The notes under the pieces are model-generated. The model saw only the letters and a program-made list of their open reading frames with translations, was not told the origin of the DNA and did no database searches. Position numbers and translations under genes: made by a program. Source: a virus. From it: a stretch of 64,000 bases of DNA. The stretch lies in the IMG/VR virus record IMGVR_UViG_3300021605_000004, positions 2,689-66,688 of that record; one strand, 5' to 3'. Below, in pieces: positions 58,936 through 64,000 of the stretch. Numbering within the stretch: the stretch's first letter is position 1; every line of letters starts with the position of its first letter.

Positions 58936-61083
58936 ATGACTCAAGTGACGATGTTTAAAAATGCCAAGGACCCAGGCGACCCGAAGTTGGTAAATGTTGA
59001 TAGGATTGTGGAAGGAATACAGCATGGGCAGTGGCAGTCGATGATTGACAAATTAAACAGTATCGAGCCGGACTCACCCGAACAAAAGAAGTTCAAGAAC
59101 ACGTCACTACCGGCTATCTGCTGGCAGGGAGAGTTTACCTACCGCAACGACAAGGGATGCGCCCAGCACTCCGGACTTGTATGCCTGGACTTTGATCATA
59201 TACCGGTAGAGGAAATGGAACACCAAAAAGAATTAATAATAAACTCTGAGCATACCCATATCCTTTTTAAATCCCCGAGGGGCAGCGGCTATAAAGCGAT
59301 AGTGAAGATCCCGGCCGATATCGAGAACCATAAGGCGTATGTCATGGCGTTAGGTACTAAAGTTAAAAATCTCTACTATGACCACTTTGATGATATCTCA
59401 CGGCTGTGCTTCGTGTCCTACGACCCGGAGATTTATTACAATAAAGACTCGAAGATATGGGATGGGAAAGGGATTATAAAGAAAGTAACCGCTAAAACCC
59501 TCGACACCGCCTATATCCCGTCCGATATCCGACAAACATTTGAGAACCTTATCACCTGGGCGGAGAAGACATCCCGGTACGAGGATGACAATAAGCATAA
59601 ACATTTAGTTAAGGTGCTGGGAGCATGCAACCGTTATGGCATTCCAAAAGAGGACGCGATCAAGCTCACGTATGAACGTTACAAGGACACAAAGAATGTT
59701 GAACCAGTCAAATATGAAGATTACGAGAACCGGGCCGACAGCACTTACCGTCTATATCAACACCAGCACGGGACGGAGACCTTTGACACCCCGGCGGCGG
59801 AATTTGAGATCGGTGACCCGGACGCCACGATCAATCAGTTTCCGATTGAGGTATTCCCCGTCCACCTACAGCACTATATCCTGGACCTGAACCAGTCCTT
59901 AAATTACAGCAAAGACTTTCTATCCACGACGATACTCTCCGCCATGGCGACCCTAAACGGTAATAAGTACAAGCTCAGAGTGAAAGATAATTGGATATCC
60001 CCCACGATATTTTGGTTTGCGATAGTTGGAGATCCGGGTACCATGAAGTCCCACCCGGTATCCACGATACTGCAACCGATCAAGGAGATTGACAAGCTGT
60101 CCAAGCTATCACACGATATTGAGTACGATAAGTGGGAGCAGAAGCAGATAGAGCTGAAGTCTAAGAAGCAGCAACCCGAGGAGTCCTCTAAACGCCCCAT
60201 CTTCAAGCAGATCATGATATCTGACATAACCCTGGAAGCGCTGCACGAGGTCTCGTCCTTTAACCAGAGAGGTTTAATGTACTACCGGGATGAGCTGAAA
60301 GCCTTCATCAATAATATGAACGTCTACCGAAAAGGATCAGATGGCGAGTTTTGGCTTGAGTCGTTCAATAACGGCTCATATATCGTGAATAGAGTCTCGT
60401 CCCGTCCCCGCCTGATAGATAATACGAACATAAACATCATCGGCACGATACAGCCGGACACATTATCATCCATGGCCAAGGACATGTCGGATAATGGACT
60501 GATTGATAGATTTCTTTTCACCGGCGCCGAACGCAACATCTATGGATTCACGACACAGAAGCCCGACGGCCGGTTCGCCGACTACTGGCGCAACTGCCTT
60601 AACATGGCGAACGGCCACTTCAGATATGAACAGCGTTCAGATACCGTGATCATAGACTTAACGGATACCGCCCTGGAGCGTTTTGTTGAAATAGATCACA
60701 TTATCTGCGAATGGCAGCGCAGTGAGGATATATCGAATGAGATGAAGGGGTACCTGTCGAAGGCTAAGACGTATATCCCACGGTTCGCTCTCCTGATGGC
60801 GCTATTTGACATGATCTTCGACGGGATAGAGTTACATTCGGTGGGGGTAGAGCATATTAACAAAGCCTTTCAGATCATGCGGTATTTCTTGAAATCCGGA
60901 AATGACATCTTTAACGAATCGAAAACAACCTCAGAAATGAGAGATATCACACAGGCGAATAAAGGACTTGGCAAAAGAGACAAGATTAAAAAATTAATAG
61001 CCGAAGGGTTCAGCCAAACCAAAATTGCCAAGGAACTAAAAGTGTCAAGGCAGTATATTTCTAAAATTTTATCCCAAAAATAG
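58936..61083 (+). CDS. Primase-helicase-like replication protein (BT4734/VirE-N primase-like + DUF3987-like P-loop + C-terminal HTH)
   Basis: HSGLVCLDFD, FKSPRGSGYK, DISRLCFVSYDP, GDPGTMKS, DELK, IIGTIQP, NGLIDRF, FSQTKIAKELKVSRQYISK. Confidence 0.85.
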   Translation: MTQVTMFKNAKDPGDPKLVNVDRIVEGIQHGQWQSMIDKLNSIEPDSPEQKKFKNTSLPAICWQGEFTYRNDKGCAQHSGLVCLDFDHIPVEEMEHQKELIINSEHTHILFKSPRGSGYKAIVKIPADIENHKAYVMALGTKVKNLYYDHFDDISRLCFVSYDPEIYYNKDSKIWDGKGIIKKVTAKTLDTAYIPSDIRQTFENLITWAEKTSRYEDDNKHKHLVKVLGACNRYGIPKEDAIKLTYERYKDTKNVEPVKYEDYENRADSTYRLYQHQHGTETFDTPAAEFEIGDPDATINQFPIEVFPVHLQHYILDLNQSLNYSKDFLSTTILSAMATLNGNKYKLRVKDNWISPTIFWFAIVGDPGTMKSHPVSTILQPIKEIDKLSKLSHDIEYDKWEQKQIELKSKKQQPEESSKRPIFKQIMISDITLEALHEVSSFNQRGLMYYRDELKAFINNMNVYRKGSDGEFWLESFNNGSYIVNRVSSRPRLIDNTNINIIGTIQPDTLSSMAKDMSDNGLIDRFLFTGAERNIYGFTTQKPDGRFADYWRNCLNMANGHFRYEQRSDTVIIDLTDTALERFVEIDHIICEWQRSEDISNEMKGYLSKAKTYIPRFALLMALFDMIFDGIELHSVGVEHINKAFQIMRYFLKSGNDIFNESKTTSEMRDITQANKGLGKRDKIKKLIAEGFSQTKIAKELKVSRQYISKILSQK

Positions 61084-61085
61084 CT

Positions 61086-61336
61086 TGTCAACCAATGGTT
61101 GACAGTTAGTTGACACGTAAAATACTGATACACAATGAAATCAACCATTTGTCAACCAGTTGACAGATTTTTCTTTAACGCCTTTACCTATACCTATATA
61201 AATTTCTATAAGAAAAAATATATATATTATATTTTATATGGCTTGTCAACCATGTTGACAAAGTGCCTGTATCGCTACAGCACCAACGGTTTGTAGTGTC
61301 AACCACATGGTTGACAAGGTTGACAGTTGGTTGACA
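61086..61336. repeat. Iteron cluster, putative replication origin
   Basis: Four TGTCAAC and seven GTTGACA copies around an AT-rich core, right after the primase stop. Confidence 0.8.
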
Positions 61337-61557
61337 AAAATTGTTAGGGTATGGAATAGTTTAATGTACATATAATCAGTATCTAACATCAAAATCAGTA
61401 ATGGAAAATGGAATCAACAAATCAAAAACTAACAACAACCATTTTTTAATTGTGAAAAATGTTCACGTGATCAAAAATAACAGATAGTGATTTTTTACTG
61501 TTATGGTATACAAACAACTAATGAACTATACATCAATGCGTAACGTCAAAATCAGTA

Positions 61558-61770
61558 ATGCTAAATTCAATGAAAATACCTGTAACTATACTGAATAACA
61601 AAGAAATAACCCACTTTTCCGACCGGTTCTTTACCGTCAACAACAGAAACTATGAGATCATTCAAACTGAAAAACGCGGCCGGACTTTTTACCATACCGT
61701 CAAAAATGACATGAAAGAATACAAGGAATTTTCACATGACAAGTTAGTTCAGTTTATAACCGGTACTTGA
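61558..61770 (+). CDS. Hypothetical protein
   Basis: 70-aa ORF. Confidence 0.45.
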   Translation: MLNSMKIPVTILNNKEITHFSDRFFTVNNRNYEIIQTEKRGRTFYHTVKNDMKEYKEFSHDKLVQFITGT

Positions 61771-62247
61771 CTTTATGTTTTGGACTTTATATCTTGCACT
61801 CCACAAAACAAAACAAGCGTGTCTGAGCAGGTCAATTTAATCGTTCATATCCGGGTGGGTCGTCGCCAACACCAAACCGATTTTATAAACCCACCGGGTA
61901 CCAAATTTTCAAATTTCAAATACAGTTTATTACTTTCCAGGCTGCAAGGCGTTTCTGATAACATGCCTTCCTTGCTGTTCGGAATTACAACCGCACCTTA
62001 TACGGCACCTAATCACATTACACCGATTATAACTAACTAACAAATAGTATATTACAACAAAAGAATACAATCATACGTTGATTCTCACCTATGTTTCAGC
62101 CGTTAAAATACGAAAAAGTCCCAACATTTCAGGAGCTTGAAAGGTTTAGTAATGAGATAGAAGCGGACAAAACCAGGACTGAGGATAATAAGATAAAGTG
62201 TAGAGAATATATAAAATACTGGGCAGGTAGACTGCAAACATGTTTGT

Positions 62248-62634
62248 ATGTACAAACAAATTAAATTTTCTTACGTGGGCAATACTTTTACAACAAAGTC
62301 GCATCTTGATTTTATGAAGTTGGTTAACAATTTCAACCAACTTATTTACTGTAGAACTCACGTACAAGGTCCACATATTACACAATCTCAATCAATGGTT
62401 TTATTGTTTATTTGGTCCCTTGGTTTGGATGTTTTTCAACCTTGCCAGATTTACAAATTACTGGCAATTACTCAACAGAACGCCACAAATTACATTAATA
62501 TCCTCATAAGATACGGCTATTTAATAAAGGTAGGTTTTGGTCAATACCAACTTACCGAACAGTCCCACACCTTTATAAATACCTTCTTTGCCGATCTTAA
62601 AACCAGGCAAAAAGCCCCTTTTCGGTTCCGTTAA
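62248..62634 (+). CDS. Winged-helix DNA-binding protein (putative)
   Basis: QIYKLLAITQQNATNYINILIRYGYLIKVGFGQYQLT. Confidence 0.55.
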   Translation: MYKQIKFSYVGNTFTTKSHLDFMKLVNNFNQLIYCRTHVQGPHITQSQSMVLLFIWSLGLDVFQPCQIYKLLAITQQNATNYINILIRYGYLIKVGFGQYQLTEQSHTFINTFFADLKTRQKAPFRFR

Positions 62635-62859
62635 TATAGTAAATTCCTTATCTTTCCTTTGTATTATCTAATACACCTAACATCACTAACTTGGTGTTGG
62701 TAATCAATGTTTTACTGTATTGATTGCTATGTTATTCACGTCTAATTATATCAGAATACAATAATAATTATTCGAATTTCCTTGCTATCGTAGTATGGTT
62801 TGGACTATCTTTGTTTCATCAAACAGCAACAATATAAACAACAATAAAAAAACAGCACT

Positions 62860-63246
62860 ATGAAAACGGGACTACATACAAGGAAGACAACCTGGAAAAG
62901 AAGGTTAGAGATTGAATCCGCATTAAAGGGGCAAATAAAGTACATTTTTTATTCAGCCGAAAAGAGCCACAAATCATACCAGCTTATATTAGATGATATA
63001 AGTGATTTAGTGTACAATCATAAAGACCTTGTTTTTTTACCGGCTTATGTTCGCTCAGGTATACAAGGTTATTTGTTTGCTTATTACGATATGTTCTGGA
63101 CTAAGGTGGAGTGGGTTCACTGGTATAACGGGAAATTTGTGGGGAAAAATTTACCCTATGGAAAAGACTTCAAACAAGAGTTAGCTGAATCAGCTCATGT
63201 TTATAAAGGGACTGAGGATATTTACACGGAAAGAAAGCCCGCCTAA
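62860..63246 (+). CDS. Hypothetical early protein
   Basis: TATCTTTG promoter at 62806-62813; A-rich leader. Confidence 0.6.
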   Translation: MKTGLHTRKTTWKRRLEIESALKGQIKYIFYSAEKSHKSYQLILDDISDLVYNHKDLVFLPAYVRSGIQGYLFAYYDMFWTKVEWVHWYNGKFVGKNLPYGKDFKQELAESAHVYKGTEDIYTERKPA

Positions 63247-63321
63247 TTTTTTACCCTTATACACTTTTAAACTTTACCCAGTTCAATAAAGCACTACAAA
63301 CCAATAAAAAACGATACAATT

Positions 63322-63558
63322 ATGAAGACCTTAACCATTTACGACATAAAGAGATTTAGCGAAGATGCAAGCCCGTATTTTTTTGATCGCAAGACCTTAA
63401 AATTTTTCGGCCAAACGATGAAGGATTTCAAAGTATACAAACAGACCGACGGTAGATATTTAATAACCGCGCCGATGTTTGACCGCTTCACAGGCAAACA
63501 GGTAGGAACAACTACAAGATATTTCAATCCAATTAACAATAAATTAGAACAAAACTAA
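63322..63558 (+). CDS. Hypothetical early protein
   Basis: YFFDRKTLKFFG; A-rich leader. Confidence 0.65.
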   Translation: MKTLTIYDIKRFSEDASPYFFDRKTLKFFGQTMKDFKVYKQTDGRYLITAPMFDRFTGKQVGTTTRYFNPINNKLEQN

Positions 63559-63572
63559 AGGAGGATCATATT

Positions 63573-63923
63573 ATGAAAATCAAAGCAGAGAACGCCCAGA
63601 GATTTATTAACCATTGCACCATATTAGCTAAACTGGCAGGACAAGAAGACTGGTATGATGGCATGAAAATATACGGATTTTTAAACCGCCTGGAAAGGAA
63701 GGAAAACCGGAGAATGATCAGCGAATGTAACACCGTGGAAGACAACGAAGCCAGGACAAAGAAAGTAAAGCAGATCATATCAAAGATACTGCCAAACTTA
63801 GAAGGTTTTAAGTTCAACGGAGACCCCAGGGGCTACACGTTAAAGATAAGCGAAGAAGAAGCCAAAAAGTTAGGGATTTATACCGACTGGGGAGGATATG
63901 GGATACTTGCTCCTGAGTTTTAA
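63573..63923 (+). CDS. Hypothetical early protein
   Basis: 116-aa ORF with a NGDPRGY motif. Confidence 0.65.
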   Translation: MKIKAENAQRFINHCTILAKLAGQEDWYDGMKIYGFLNRLERKENRRMISECNTVEDNEARTKKVKQIISKILPNLEGFKFNGDPRGYTLKISEEEAKKLGIYTDWGGYGILAPEF

Positions 63924-64000
63924 TTAAACAGAATTTTACACCCTCTCCCGCAAAAGTAATAGTTTGTGATCGCATCCGGCGGGAGGGACAAATATAAACC

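Larger units (their letters stand above)
1..64000. mobile_element. Temperate Bacteroidota phage, podovirus-like, in unintegrated (attP-intact) configuration
   Basis: Terminase, portal, capsid, tail, lysis, integrase, repressor and primase genes with no host housekeeping genes; phage genes flank both sides of the att core. Confidence 0.92.

Noticed and set aside
1-64000. Stop-codon reassignment as in some crAss-like phages
   Set aside because: Long genes are uninterrupted under code 11, and TAA, TAG and TGA all act as stops

Overview
The whole window is phage DNA: most of the genome of a temperate Bacteroidota podovirus-like phage. Host assignment rests on TAnnTTTG promoters, a Bacteroidota-type integrase and Q-rule signal peptides. 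Left to right it holds: a recombination module (MBL-fold nuclease, RecT, SMC-like ATPase); a lysogeny switch (Xis-like HTH, Cro-like, XRE repressor, tyrosine integrase, intact attP with a tRNA 3'-end core); lysis genes; fibre genes; a crAss/phi14:2-like head module (MCP, scaffold, 810-aa portal, 764-aa TerL); GroES-like co-chaperonins; a complete diversity-generating retroelement (RT, TR, VR, no Avd gene visible); a 2496-aa ejection protein with a JAB/MPN-like motif; short-tail ring and muzzle proteins; VRR-NUC and SNF2-like helicase; radical SAM and GT2; two DNA methyltransferases; and a primase with an iteron origin. Most unusual points: (i) one methyltransferase carries an intein whose HNH endonuclease is read in the +1 frame, and the gene is also split in two by a free-standing HNH, with extra peptides at both new ends; (ii) four virion-region proteins, including the DGR target, have Sec-type signal peptides with A|Q cleavage; (iii) a 51-bp repeat array in a fibre gene has an almost invariant scaffold and three shuffled variable slots. 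All calls come from reading motifs by eye; no searches were run.
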